Part shown: one piece after another, positions 38,642 to 48,146 of the stretch
How positions within the stretch are numbered: position 1 is the first letter of the stretch
How the letters are laid out: every line of letters begins with the position of its first letter
NCBI GenBank assembly: GCA_964501435.1
Contig: CAZCTH010000010.1
Coordinates: 3,788 to 67,787 of the forward strand
Direction: 5' to 3'
Source: an uncultured Spirochaetales bacterium
Lineage (GTDB): Bacteria; Myxococcota_A; UBA9160; UBA6930
DNA: 64,000 nucleotides
Notes under the pieces: model-generated
Told to the model about the DNA's origin: nothing
Databases searched by the model: none
The model's input: the letters and a program-made list of their open reading frames with translations, nothing else
Translations under genes and position numbers: made by a program

Positions 38642-41600
38642 CGCCGTTCCTCCGGTTGAGGGCCGGGCGAGTCTAGGAGCGGGCGCGCAGCCTCCGCTAC
38701 CGGCCCCCCGCGGACGAGCGCGCGCGCCCGGCCGACGCCGCGCGCCGCCCACGCCACCCCGTCCTCCGCGAGCGTGTACACCGTCGGCACGACGATCAGG
38801 GTGAGCAGCGTCGAGGACAGGAGCCCACCGATCACGAGGATGCCCATCGGGTTCCGAAACTCGGCGCCGTCGCTGCGCGCGAGGGCGACGGGGATCATGC
38901 CGGCGATGGTCGCGAACTGGGTCATCAGCACGGGGCGCAGGCGCACGGGCCCCGCGCGCGCGATCGCGTCGCGCGCCGAGAGGCCTTCGGCGCGCAGCTG
39001 GTTCGCGTAGTCGACGAGCAGGATGCCGTTCTTCATGACGAGGCCCATCAAGGCGATCAGGCCGATCTGCGCGAAGATCGACATCGGCGTGCCGGTGAGG
39101 CGCAGCGCGACGAATGCGCCGACGAACGAGAGCGGCGCCGAGAGCATGATCACCGCCGGCTGCGTGAAGCTCTCGAACTGGCTCGCGAGCACGACGTAGA
39201 GCGCCAGCAGCGCGAGCGCGAAGGCGATAACGACGGCGTCCGCCGTGTCCTGCATGCGCTCCGTCGCGCCCTCCCACTCGCCGACGTACCCGGGCGGCAG
39301 CCCCACCTCCGCGAGGATCGCCTCGAAGCGCTCCACGGCGACGCCGAGCGCGAGCCCGCCCGGCGTGTTCGCGTAGATCGTCACGCGCCGCCCGCGGTTC
39401 TCGCGCTCGATCTCGGAGGGGCCGCTCGCGACGCGCAGGTGCGCCACGTTCGCGAGGTCCACGAGCGCCCCGCTGGCGCTCCGCACCTGGAGCTGGCTCA
39501 CGTCCTCGAGCTGGTCGCGCTGGCCCTCCTCGAGCCGCACGCGAACGTCGGTCCGCTTGCCGGCGTCCTGGAAGGTCGCGATGTCGAGCCCGCCGATCGC
39601 GGCGCGCGCGACCCCGGCCAGCGCCCGCACGGGCACGCCGAGATCGGCGCTGCGCTCGCGGTCGATCCACACCTGCAGCTCCGGCCGCCCGCGCTCGAGG
39701 CTCGACTTCACGTCGAGGAAGCGCGGGTCGTCGCGCATGCGCGCCACCACGGCGCTCGCGACGCGGTCGAGCTCGTCGAGGCTCGGGCCCTGGATGCTGT
39801 ACTCGACGTTGTAACTGGTGAAGCCGCCGCCCGACATCCAGGCGACCTCGCTCACGCTGAGCTGCTTCGCCTGCGGCGCCGCGGCGCGCACCGCCTCGCG
39901 CGCGCGGTCCATGATCGCGAACTGGCTTTCGTCGCGGTCGCGCTTCGGGGTCGTCTCGGCGTACAGGCTGATCTCGTTGACCGCGCCGCGCACGCCACCG
40001 CCGACCGTCACGAAGTCGCGCGCCACGCCGCGGTCGCTGCGCAGCGCCGCGCCCACGCGCTGCGCCACCGCGCGCGCCTCGGCGATGCCCGTGCCGAGCG
40101 GCAGCTCGACCACGCCCTCGAACTCGCTGCGATCGACCTTCGGCGCGAACTCCATCGGCACGCCGCCCGCGAGCACGCCGCCGGCCGCGATGGCGGCGAC
40201 CGTCAGCGCCACCACCGCGAGGCGGTGGCGGAGCGAGCGCTCGAGCACGCGGCCGTACCACGCCTCGAGCCCGGCGTAGAAGCGCTCGAGCCAGAGGAAC
40301 GCGCCGCCGTGGTGCTCCTCTCGCCGCAGCACCCGCGCGCACAGCATCGGCGTGATGGTGACCGCGACGAGCAGCGAGATCATCACGGAGAACGAGATCG
40401 CGAGGCCGTACTCGAAGAAGAAGCGACCGATCATGCCGCGCAGGAACGCGATCGGCAGGAACACGGCGAGCACCGAGGCCGTCGCCGCGACGACCGCGAG
40501 GCCGATGCGGTCCGTTCCGTGCGACGCCGCCTCGAAGGGCGCGACGCCGGCGTCGATCTCGCGATGGATCGCTTCGAGCACGACGATCGCGTCGTCGATC
40601 AGGAGCCCGATCGACACCGAGAGCGCCATCAGCGTGAGGATGTTCAGCGTGAAGCCCATCGCGTAGAACAGGAAGAACGTCGCCACCACCGAGGTCGGGA
40701 TCGCGATCGCGACGATCAGGGTGCTGCGCACGCTGCGCAGGAAGGCGAGCGTCGCGAGCACGGCGAGCAGCGCGCCCACCCCGATGTCCACCGCGACGTC
40801 GTGGGCGGACGCCTCGATGAAGCGCGAGACGTCGCGCACGACGCCCAGCGACACGCCCGCCGGCGCGCCCTGCGCGAGCTCCGCGATCGCCGCCTTCACC
40901 TCGCGCGCCACGGCGACCGTGTTGCGTCCGGACTGGCGGCGCACGTCGAGCGCAACGCCCTGCACGCCGCCGAACTCCGCGTAGGAGCGCTCGTCCTCCA
41001 TGCCGTCCTCGACGCGCGCGACGTCGCGCACGAGGGTCGGCGCGCCGTCGCGGAACGCGACGACGATCTGCTCGAAGCCGCGCACGACGTCGACCTCGCC
41101 CTTCGTCTTGAACGAGAACTCCGCGCGTCCGCCCTCCGTCTCGAGCCGGCCGCCCGGCACGTCCGCGTGCTCTGCGCGGATCGCCTGGATCACGTCGTCG
41201 ACGCTGAGCGCGTAGCTGCGCAGTCGATCCGCATCGAGCCAGATGCGCACCTCGCGCTCGCGCCCGCCGACGATCGTCGCCGACCCGACGCCCGGGATGC
41301 GCTGGAGGCGCTCCTTCACGACGTCGTCGGCGTAGTCGGTGAGGTCGCGGATCGGCAGCGCGCCCGAGACCATCACCGAAAGGATCGGCGACGCGGACGG
41401 ATCGACCTTCTCGACGATCGGCGGCTCGGCATCGGGCGGCAGCTCGGCGCGCGCGCGCGCGACCTTGTCGCGCACGTCCTGCGCCTTCTGGTCGGGGTCC
41501 TCCTCGAGCTCGAACTGCACGAAGATCTGCGCGAGCCCCTCGGAGCTGACCGAGCGCAGCGTGTCGATGCCGGAGATCGTGTTGATCTCCTCCTCGAGGG

Positions 41601-41796
41601 CGTCGGTCACCTCGCTCTCGATCGTCTCGGGCGTCGCGCCGGGCAACAGCGCGGTCACGGCGACGTACGGGAACTCGATCTTCGGCATCAGGTCGACGCC
41701 GATGCGCGGCAACGAGAGCGCGCCGATCGCGGTGAGCGTGCCGATCATCATGGTCGCCAGCACGGGCCGGCGGATGCAGAGGTCAGCGATCCGCAC
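38638..41796 (-). CDS. RND efflux permease (AcrB/HAE1-like)
   Basis: CIRRPV, DLMPKIEFP, SIGLLIDDAIVVLE, GLVMKNGILLVDY, RLRPVLMT. Confidence 0.95.
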   Translation of the reverse strand: MRIADLCIRRPVLATMMIGTLTAIGALSLPRIGVDLMPKIEFPYVAVTALLPGATPETIESEVTDALEEEINTISGIDTLRSVSSEGLAQIFVQFELEEDPDQKAQDVRDKVARARAELPPDAEPPIVEKVDPSASPILSVMVSGALPIRDLTDYADDVVKERLQRIPGVGSATIVGGREREVRIWLDADRLRSYALSVDDVIQAIRAEHADVPGGRLETEGGRAEFSFKTKGEVDVVRGFEQIVVAFRDGAPTLVRDVARVEDGMEDERSYAEFGGVQGVALDVRRQSGRNTVAVAREVKAAIAELAQGAPAGVSLGVVRDVSRFIEASAHDVAVDIGVGALLAVLATLAFLRSVRSTLIVAIAIPTSVVATFFLFYAMGFTLNILTLMALSVSIGLLIDDAIVVLEAIHREIDAGVAPFEAASHGTDRIGLAVVAATASVLAVFLPIAFLRGMIGRFFFEYGLAISFSVMISLLVAVTITPMLCARVLRREEHHGGAFLWLERFYAGLEAWYGRVLERSLRHRLAVVALTVAAIAAGGVLAGGVPMEFAPKVDRSEFEGVVELPLGTGIAEARAVAQRVGAALRSDRGVARDFVTVGGGVRGAVNEISLYAETTPKRDRDESQFAIMDRAREAVRAAAPQAKQLSVSEVAWMSGGGFTSYNVEYSIQGPSLDELDRVASAVVARMRDDPRFLDVKSSLERGRPELQVWIDRERSADLGVPVRALAGVARAAIGGLDIATFQDAGKRTDVRVRLEEGQRDQLEDVSQLQVRSASGALVDLANVAHLRVASGPSEIERENRGRRVTIYANTPGGLALGVAVERFEAILAEVGLPPGYVGEWEGATERMQDTADAVVIAFALALLALYVVLASQFESFTQPAVIMLSAPLSFVGAFVALRLTGTPMSIFAQIGLIALMGLVMKNGILLVDYANQLRAEGLSARDAIARAGPVRLRPVLMTQFATIAGMIPVALARSDGAEFRNPMGILVIGGLLSSTLLTLIVVPTVYTLAEDGVAWAARGVGRARALVRGGPVAEAARPLLDSPGPQPEERR

Positions 41797-42871
41797 GCGC
41801 GACCTCGAGCGCGACGCGCGCGCCGTCGCTCAGCTTGGGCGCGTTCGGGCCGTAGAGCACGACGTCGCCCTCGCGCAGCCCCGCGACGACCTCCACGCGG
41901 GTCGCGTCGAGCTCGCGCGTCTCGACGGCGCGCCGCAGCGCGCGGTCGTCCGACGCGACGTACACGTAGCGATCCTCGGCGCCGCCCTGGAGCGCCGCGC
42001 GCGGCAGCACGAGCGCTTCGCGCGGCGCGGGCAGGATCTCCGCACGCGCGAACAGGCCCGGCTTCAGCGCGAGGTCCGCGTTCTCGATCGGCAGCCGCAC
42101 CTCGAAGGCGCGCGAAGCGGCGTCGACGCGGTCGTTCACCACTGCGACGCTCGTCTCGAACGCGGCGTCCACGCCGTCCACCCGCACGAGCGCTGGCGTG
42201 CCCGGCTTCACCCGCGCGAGGTGCAGCTCCGGGATTTGCACCACCGCTTCGACGCGGTCGGCCTTCATCAGCTGCACCACCGGCGCGCTGGTCATCTGCG
42301 CGGACAGCATCGTGCCCTCGTCCACGTAGCGGCGCGTGATCACGCCCGGGTACGGCGCGCGCACGACCGTGTCGGCGAGGGCCTGCGCCGCCATCGCGCG
42401 GGCGCTCTGCGCGCCCCCCGCGCGCGCGGCTGCCATCTCGTAGGCGGTGCGCGCGTCGTCGAGGTGCCCCTGGGAAGCGACCTGCTCCGCGAAGAGCTGC
42501 TCGACGCGGGCGACGCGGCGCTGCGCGTTCTCGGCCTCGGCCTCCGCGAGCCGCAGCGCCTGCTCGGCCTCGGCGAGGCGCAGGCGGTAGTCGACCTGCC
42601 GCGTGGTGAAGAGCGGAGCGCCCGCCGCCACACTCGCGCCGACGTCCACGTGCACGACGTCGATGATGCCGCTCACGCGCGGTCCGATCTCCGTCGCCTT
42701 GTCCGCGACGATCGACCCGGTGCCGAGCACGACTTCGGGTACCGCCTCGCGCAGGACGGGGACGCTCGCGACGGAGATCGCCTGCGCCGCGGCCGGCGCC
42801 GCCTCGCCGTCGGGTTCTTGGCCGCACGCGAGCGCGAGCGCAAGGCATGCAGACACCGCGAGGCGATTCAC
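41783..42871 (-). CDS. RND periplasmic adaptor (MFP)
   Basis: Lipobox LALAC; IGPRVSG, VRAPYPGVI, LKPGLFARA. Confidence 0.92.
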   Translation of the reverse strand: MNRLAVSACLALALACGQEPDGEAAPAAAQAISVASVPVLREAVPEVVLGTGSIVADKATEIGPRVSGIIDVVHVDVGASVAAGAPLFTTRQVDYRLRLAEAEQALRLAEAEAENAQRRVARVEQLFAEQVASQGHLDDARTAYEMAAARAGGAQSARAMAAQALADTVVRAPYPGVITRRYVDEGTMLSAQMTSAPVVQLMKADRVEAVVQIPELHLARVKPGTPALVRVDGVDAAFETSVAVVNDRVDAASRAFEVRLPIENADLALKPGLFARAEILPAPREALVLPRAALQGGAEDRYVYVASDDRALRRAVETRELDATRVEVVAGLREGDVVLYGPNAPKLSDGARVALEVARADR

Positions 42872-43524
42872 CGCGCGCCCCCCGCGATCGCGTTCGCGAA
42901 CAGTGCGCGCACGCGCGGCGCCATGCGCGCGAGCGCGGCCGCGTCGTCCGACTCGACTGCACGGGCCGCGCTCGTGAGCACCGCGCCGACCAGGCTCGAT
43001 GCGAACGTCTCGGGGTCGAGGCCGCCCAACTGGCCGGCGCGCGCGGCGCGGCGTGCGACCTCGACCACCCAGGCGCTGAAGCGGTCGAAGATCTTGTGCG
43101 TGCGATCGCCCAGCTCCCCGCGCGCGCGCCAGGGCATGCCGTGCGTCGCGCGCATGGTGATGCGCACGATGTCGCGGTTCTGCTCGAAACAGGCGAACAG
43201 GGCGTCGGAAACCGCGAGCAGCTTCTCGGCCGCGTCGGCGGTGGCCTCCACGCGCGCGCGGACCGCGGCTTCGACCGCTTCGCCCACGCTCGCCGCGACC
43301 GCCTCGAACAGCTCGTCCTTGCCCGCGAAGAGCTGGTAGACGCTCGCCAGCGACACCTCGGCGCGCGCCGCGATCTCGCTCATCTGAGCGCCGAAGTAGC
43401 CCTTCTCCGAGAACACGCGCGAAGCCGCGGCAATCACGTCGTCGCGGCGCAGGGCGATCTCGCGCGCGCGCCGGCCCGCGCGCGGAGAGCGGATGGGGCG
43501 TCGCGGAGCCGCTGCGCGAACCAT
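42868..43524 (-). CDS. TetR/AcrR family regulator
   Basis: AASRVFSEKGY...IAARAEVSLASVYQLFAGKDELF HTH; GTGA overlap with the MFP. Confidence 0.92.
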   Translation of the reverse strand: MVRAAAPRRPIRSPRAGRRAREIALRRDDVIAAASRVFSEKGYFGAQMSEIAARAEVSLASVYQLFAGKDELFEAVAASVGEAVEAAVRARVEATADAAEKLLAVSDALFACFEQNRDIVRITMRATHGMPWRARGELGDRTHKIFDRFSAWVVEVARRAARAGQLGGLDPETFASSLVGAVLTSAARAVESDDAAALARMAPRVRALFANAIAGGAR

Positions 43525-43628
43525 GGATACTGCCTCCAGAATCCGGATTACCGTACGCGAACGCGCGAGTTCTCGCACCTACGTGCCGCTCCCTCGGGCA
43601 AGCGCGTTTGCGACGGAGCGCGGGCGCC

Positions 43629-44855
43629 TCAGGCGGCGCGAACGCGGGGCGCGGCCGCGAGCCAGGCGACGCCGACCGCGAGCAGCGCGCCACCCGCGAG
43701 TGCGATCGTCGCGCGGGGGCCGACGGCCGTGCCGAGCGCGCCGCCGAGCGCCGCGCCCGCGAGCGCAGCCCAGCGGCCGAGGAACGAGAACGCGCCGTGG
43801 ACGCGGCTCTGCACCTCGGGCGCCGCCGCCTCCTGGCGTGCGCTGAGCGCGTGGATCTCGAACACCGCGAGCCCCGCGTCGCCGAGCTGCTGCGCGAAAA
43901 TGCACGCGGCGCCGAGCCAGCTCGGCCCGGGCGCGAACGCGAGCGCAGCGGTGGCGACCGCCCCGCCGACGAGCCCGACGCCCATCGTGCCGCGCGCTCC
44001 GAAGCGTGCGCCGAGCCAGCTCGCCGCGAGGCTGCTGCCGAGCGCGGCGATGGAGCCCGCGGCGAACAGGAGGCCGAGCACGCCGGGCGCAAAGCCGAGC
44101 TCGGCGCGCACGAACAGGAAGTAGACGACGCCGAGCGCCTCGCTGCACGCGACGGCCGCCAGCGAGGCCCCGAGCAGCGCACGCAGTCGCGCGTCGGCGC
44201 GAATCGCGCTTAGGCCGGCGAGCGCCCGCGCGAGACCGCGCTCGCGCGCGGGCCCCGTGTGCGGCGCGGGCTCGCGCTCGGGGATGCCCGCGAGCAGCGC
44301 GGCGGAGGCGAGGTAGCTGAACGCGTCGGCGACGAGCGCGAGCGGCGCGGACAGCCACTGAACGAGCCAGCCGCCGCCGCCGAACGCGAGCGCCTCGGCG
44401 GCGTTGGTGCCGGCCGCGATGCGCGCGTTGCTCGCGACGAGCTGCGAGCTCGACGCCAGCGACGGCACGAAGGCCTGCCGCGCGACGCCGAACGCGAAGG
44501 ACAGCGCGCCCGAGAGCGCCGCGAACGCCCAGAGCAGCGGCATGGAGAGCGCGCCGAGCGCGTAGGCCGCGGGCACCGCGAGCAGGAGCGCCGCGTGACC
44601 GAGATCGGCACCGATCATCACGCCGCGCTTCCGGCGCGGCTCGATCCAGGCGGCGAGCCCGAGCCCGAACGTGAGGCCGGGCACGAGCCGCGCGATGCTC
44701 AGCGCCGACATCTGTGCGGCGCTTGCACCGAGGGCGTCGATCGCGACGAACGGCAGCGCGACGGCGGTGAGCATCGAGCCGAAGTTCGAGACGGTGGCAG
44801 CGGCGACGACGCGCGCGAGGTCTCGCTCCGCCCTGCCGCTGGCGCCGTCGCTCAC
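43629..44855 (-). CDS. MFS transporter
   Basis: About 12 hydrophobic segments; WIEPRRKRGVMIGADL loop. Confidence 0.88.
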   Translation of the reverse strand: MSDGASGRAERDLARVVAAATVSNFGSMLTAVALPFVAIDALGASAAQMSALSIARLVPGLTFGLGLAAWIEPRRKRGVMIGADLGHAALLLAVPAAYALGALSMPLLWAFAALSGALSFAFGVARQAFVPSLASSSQLVASNARIAAGTNAAEALAFGGGGWLVQWLSAPLALVADAFSYLASAALLAGIPEREPAPHTGPARERGLARALAGLSAIRADARLRALLGASLAAVACSEALGVVYFLFVRAELGFAPGVLGLLFAAGSIAALGSSLAASWLGARFGARGTMGVGLVGGAVATAALAFAPGPSWLGAACIFAQQLGDAGLAVFEIHALSARQEAAAPEVQSRVHGAFSFLGRWAALAGAALGGALGTAVGPRATIALAGGALLAVGVAWLAAAPRVRAA

Positions 44856-44864
44856 CTCGCAGCG

Positions 44865-45566
44865 CTAGGCGCGATTTCGCGCGAACGCGCGCGCGACCGG
44901 CGGCAGCTTCACGCAACGCTCGGCGATGGCGTTCAGCCGCGGCGCGCGGGTGCGCCACCAGTCCTTGCCCGGCCGCCACATCCGCAGCACCGGGAAGTAG
45001 AGGTCGAGCGCGCTGAAGCGCTTGCCGAGGAACCACGGCATGCCCGCGACCTCGGCGTCGAGGAAGCGCAGCAGCTGCTCGCGGTGCGCGTCGGTGCTGG
45101 CGCGCAGCTTCGGGCCCGCGTCGTCGCCGACCCAGCGCGCGGGCGCGTCGCCATACGTGAAGGTCGGATAGAGCGCGGCGACGAGGAACGCGAGCCAGCG
45201 CAGGAACTGCGCGCGCTGCGGGTCGCCGGGCGGCGGCGCGAGCTTCGCCTTGGGCGCGATCTCCGCGAGGTGCAGCAGCATCGCCGCGCTCTCCGTCATC
45301 ACCGCGCCGTCCGCGAGCACGAGCGTCGGCACCTGGCCCAGCGGGTTCAGCTTCGCGAGGCGCTGGCTGTCGGGGCCGACGTCGCTCCAGTCGATGTCCT
45401 CGATCTCGAGCGGCACGCCCGCGATCGCGTACGCCGCCTCGACGATCAGGCCGCCTCCGCCCTTCGCCGTGATCAGGCGCGCGACCGGCTTCGCCGCCTT
45501 GCGCGCGCCGCGCTTGGGCGCGCCGGACTTCGTCGCCTTCTTCTTCGCCCTCTTCTTCGCCGTCAC
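44865..45566 (-). CDS. YncG-like glutathione S-transferase with Lys-rich N-terminal extension
   Basis: NPLGQVPTL, MTESAAM, LYPTFTYGD.P.RW. GTG at 45566 overlaps the upstream stop. Embedded in a longer track ORF. Confidence 0.85.
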   Translation of the reverse strand: MTAKKRAKKKATKSGAPKRGARKAAKPVARLITAKGGGGLIVEAAYAIAGVPLEIEDIDWSDVGPDSQRLAKLNPLGQVPTLVLADGAVMTESAAMLLHLAEIAPKAKLAPPPGDPQRAQFLRWLAFLVAALYPTFTYGDAPARWVGDDAGPKLRASTDAHREQLLRFLDAEVAGMPWFLGKRFSALDLYFPVLRMWRPGKDWWRTRAPRLNAIAERCVKLPPVARAFARNRA

Positions 45567-46810
45567 GCGCCGATCTCTCGCAGCACTTCCTCGGTGTGCT
45601 CGCCGAGGCGCGGCGCGCGCCGCGAGATGCGCCACGCGCCCTTCTGCAGCGCGTAGGGCGCGCCGGGGTAGCGGAAGCTGCGGCCGTGCTCGGGGTGGTG
45701 CACTTCCACCTGGAAGCCGCGCGCCTTGAAGTGCGCGTCCTCGTAGGCCTCCTCGGGCGAGAGGATCGCGCCGACGGAGAGGCCCGCCCGCTGCAGGCCG
45801 ATGAAGAACTCGTGGGCCGTGACGCGCGAGGCGATGAAGTTCATCGCCTCGCGGCCCGCGCCGAAGATCGCCGTGAGCTCTTCGTCCTGGCCGATCTTCG
45901 AGAGATCGATCGTGGCGCGCTCGGCGCCCATCTGCAGGAACACCGCCTCGGGGAACCCCTCGGCAAGCCCGAGCTCGCCCATCCACGCGAGCAGGTTTCC
46001 GAACTCCACCGGCCGGCGCGGCGGGACGCCGGTGGTCACGTAGCGCCCGTCGGAGCAGCGGATCTGCGACGGCATGGTCGGCGTCGGGCTCGCGTGCCGG
46101 CCCGTCTGGCGCTGCGCCGTCTGCTTCGCGACGAGCCAGCCGTATGAGCCGACCTCGGTGGTCACGTTCGCCGCGGCGTGCAGGCTGACGTCGATGAACT
46201 GCCCCTCGCCGGAGACGCCGCGGGAGAGGATCGCGGTGAGGATCGACATCACCGCGTAGTGACAGCCCATCGCCCAGCCCTGATTGCCGAGCCCGCGAAC
46301 CGGAGGCAAGGCGTGGTCGTCGTAGCCGTTCATCCACACGACGCCGCCGGCGGCCATCACGGTGAGATCGGTGGCGAGCTCGTCCTTGCGCGGGCCGGTG
46401 CGCCCGAACGGCGTGATCGCGCAGTGGATCAGACGGGGATTCGCAGGCGCGAGGTCGGCGGTGTCGAGCCCGCGGGCCGCGAGCGCGCCGGGCGCCTCGG
46501 ACTCGAGCAGCACGTCGGCCGTGGCGACGAGCTTGCGCAACGCGGCGCGGCCCGCGTCGGTCGCGAGATCGAGCACGATGCCGCGCTTGCTCGTGTGGTG
46601 GTGCCACCAATGGAGGCTGCGATCGGGGCCGGGGCGATCCTCGTAGAACGGCGCGTACTGCCGCGCGGCGTCGCCGCCCGGCGGCTCGACGAGGATCACG
46701 TCGGCGCCCATGTCGGCCAGCAGCTTGCCCGCCCACGCGCACTTCTCGTTCGCGAGCTCGACGACGCGGAGGCCGTGCAGCGCTCCGGGCGCCTGCGTCT
46801 GCCCGCTCAT
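45563..46810 (-). CDS. Class III CoA-transferase subunit lacking the catalytic Asp
   Basis: LHGLRVVEL, LLADMGADVILVEPPGGD, KRGIVLDL, APRLGEHT; the Asp position is occupied by W (NQGWAMG). Confidence 0.85.
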   Translation of the reverse strand: MSGQTQAPGALHGLRVVELANEKCAWAGKLLADMGADVILVEPPGGDAARQYAPFYEDRPGPDRSLHWWHHHTSKRGIVLDLATDAGRAALRKLVATADVLLESEAPGALAARGLDTADLAPANPRLIHCAITPFGRTGPRKDELATDLTVMAAGGVVWMNGYDDHALPPVRGLGNQGWAMGCHYAVMSILTAILSRGVSGEGQFIDVSLHAAANVTTEVGSYGWLVAKQTAQRQTGRHASPTPTMPSQIRCSDGRYVTTGVPPRRPVEFGNLLAWMGELGLAEGFPEAVFLQMGAERATIDLSKIGQDEELTAIFGAGREAMNFIASRVTAHEFFIGLQRAGLSVGAILSPEEAYEDAHFKARGFQVEVHHPEHGRSFRYPGAPYALQKGAWRISRRAPRLGEHTEEVLREIGA

Positions 46811-48051
46811 ACCACGCCCTCCGCGCGCAGCTTCGCGACGTCGTCGGCCGACATCCCGAGCAGCCGGCCGAGCACCAGCTCCGTGTGCTCGCCGAGGCAC
46901 GGCCCGCCGCGCTCGATCTTCCAGTCGGTCTTCGAGAGATGCACCGGCAAGCCGTCCACGCGCACCTTCCCGAGCTTCGCGTGCGTGACGGTCGGCCAGA
47001 GGCCCCAGGCCGCCGTGTTCGGATCCTGGTCGATGCGCTCTTCGGGCTTCGCGACGGCGGCGGCCGGAACGCCGGCGGCCTGCAGCTCGCGCGCGAGCGC
47101 GTACTTCTCGAAGCCGCGCGTCCAGTCGGCGAGGCGCGCGTCGAGCGCGTCCTGCGCCGCGAGCCGGCCCGCCAGCGTCGCGAGCGACGCGTCGGTCGCT
47201 GCGTCGCCACCGAGCTTCGCCGCGAGCCGGCGCCAGTCGTCGTCGCTGCGGCATGCGATGCCGATCCACTCGTCGCTACCGCGACAGGGATAGATCCCGT
47301 GCGGCGCCATCGCCGGGCTCGACGAGCGATTGCTGTCGGGCGAGCCCGGCCGCCGGGCCGGCCGACCGTTCACCGTGTAGTCGAGCAGCGACGTCCCGGT
47401 GAGCGCGAGGCCGGCGTCCGTACACGCCATGTCCACCCATTGGCCCTCGCCGGTGCGCTGGCGATGCACGAGCGCGAGCAGGATCGCGGTCGCCATCATC
47501 ATCCCGCCGGTGTGGTCCATGTACGAGTAGCCCCAGCCCGCGGGCTCCTGACCCGGCAGCGCGGAGAGGAACGTGAGGCCCGACATCGCCTGCACGATCG
47601 GGCCCCAGGTCTTGAAGTCCGAGTACGGCCCGCGGTGGCCGAAGCCGCAGTTCGAGACGTAGATGATGTCCGGCTTCAGCTGCTTCAGGCGCTCGTAGCC
47701 GAAGCCCCAGCGCTCGAGCACGCCCTTCGCGAAGTTCTCGCTCACTACGTCGGAGCGCTTCACGATCTCGGCGAGGATCTCCTTCGCGCGCTCCTTCCGC
47801 AGGTTCAGCGTGATGCCGTACTTCTCGACGTTGTGGTTGTTGAAGCCGCCGCCGAAGTCGGGGCCGCGGCGCTCGTCCACGAACGGCGGCATCGGGCGCA
47901 GGATGTCCCAGAGCCCCTGCGTGACGGGGTCTTCGATGCGGATGACCTCCGCGCCGAAGGCGGCGAGCCACTTCGTGGCGCCGGCGCCGGCGAGCTGGCC
48001 GGTGAAGTCGCAGATGCGGAGGTGGCCGAGTGCGGTGGGCATGCGCGCCAT
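46807..48051 (-). CDS. Class III CoA-transferase (CaiB/BaiF), catalytic Asp present
   Basis: LGHLRICDF, AEVIRIED, CGFGHRGPY, YSYMDHTGG, PCLGEHT. Confidence 0.9.
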   Translation of the reverse strand: MARMPTALGHLRICDFTGQLAGAGATKWLAAFGAEVIRIEDPVTQGLWDILRPMPPFVDERRGPDFGGGFNNHNVEKYGITLNLRKERAKEILAEIVKRSDVVSENFAKGVLERWGFGYERLKQLKPDIIYVSNCGFGHRGPYSDFKTWGPIVQAMSGLTFLSALPGQEPAGWGYSYMDHTGGMMMATAILLALVHRQRTGEGQWVDMACTDAGLALTGTSLLDYTVNGRPARRPGSPDSNRSSSPAMAPHGIYPCRGSDEWIGIACRSDDDWRRLAAKLGGDAATDASLATLAGRLAAQDALDARLADWTRGFEKYALARELQAAGVPAAAVAKPEERIDQDPNTAAWGLWPTVTHAKLGKVRVDGLPVHLSKTDWKIERGGPCLGEHTELVLGRLLGMSADDVAKLRAEGVV

Positions 48052-48146
48052 CCTAAGCCCGATCCCGCGGCCGCGGCCAGGGAAGCGCCGGGTCGCGGAG
48101 CAGCCGCTTGTGCGATGGTGTCGCGAGCCCGCAGGAAGGAGCCCGC

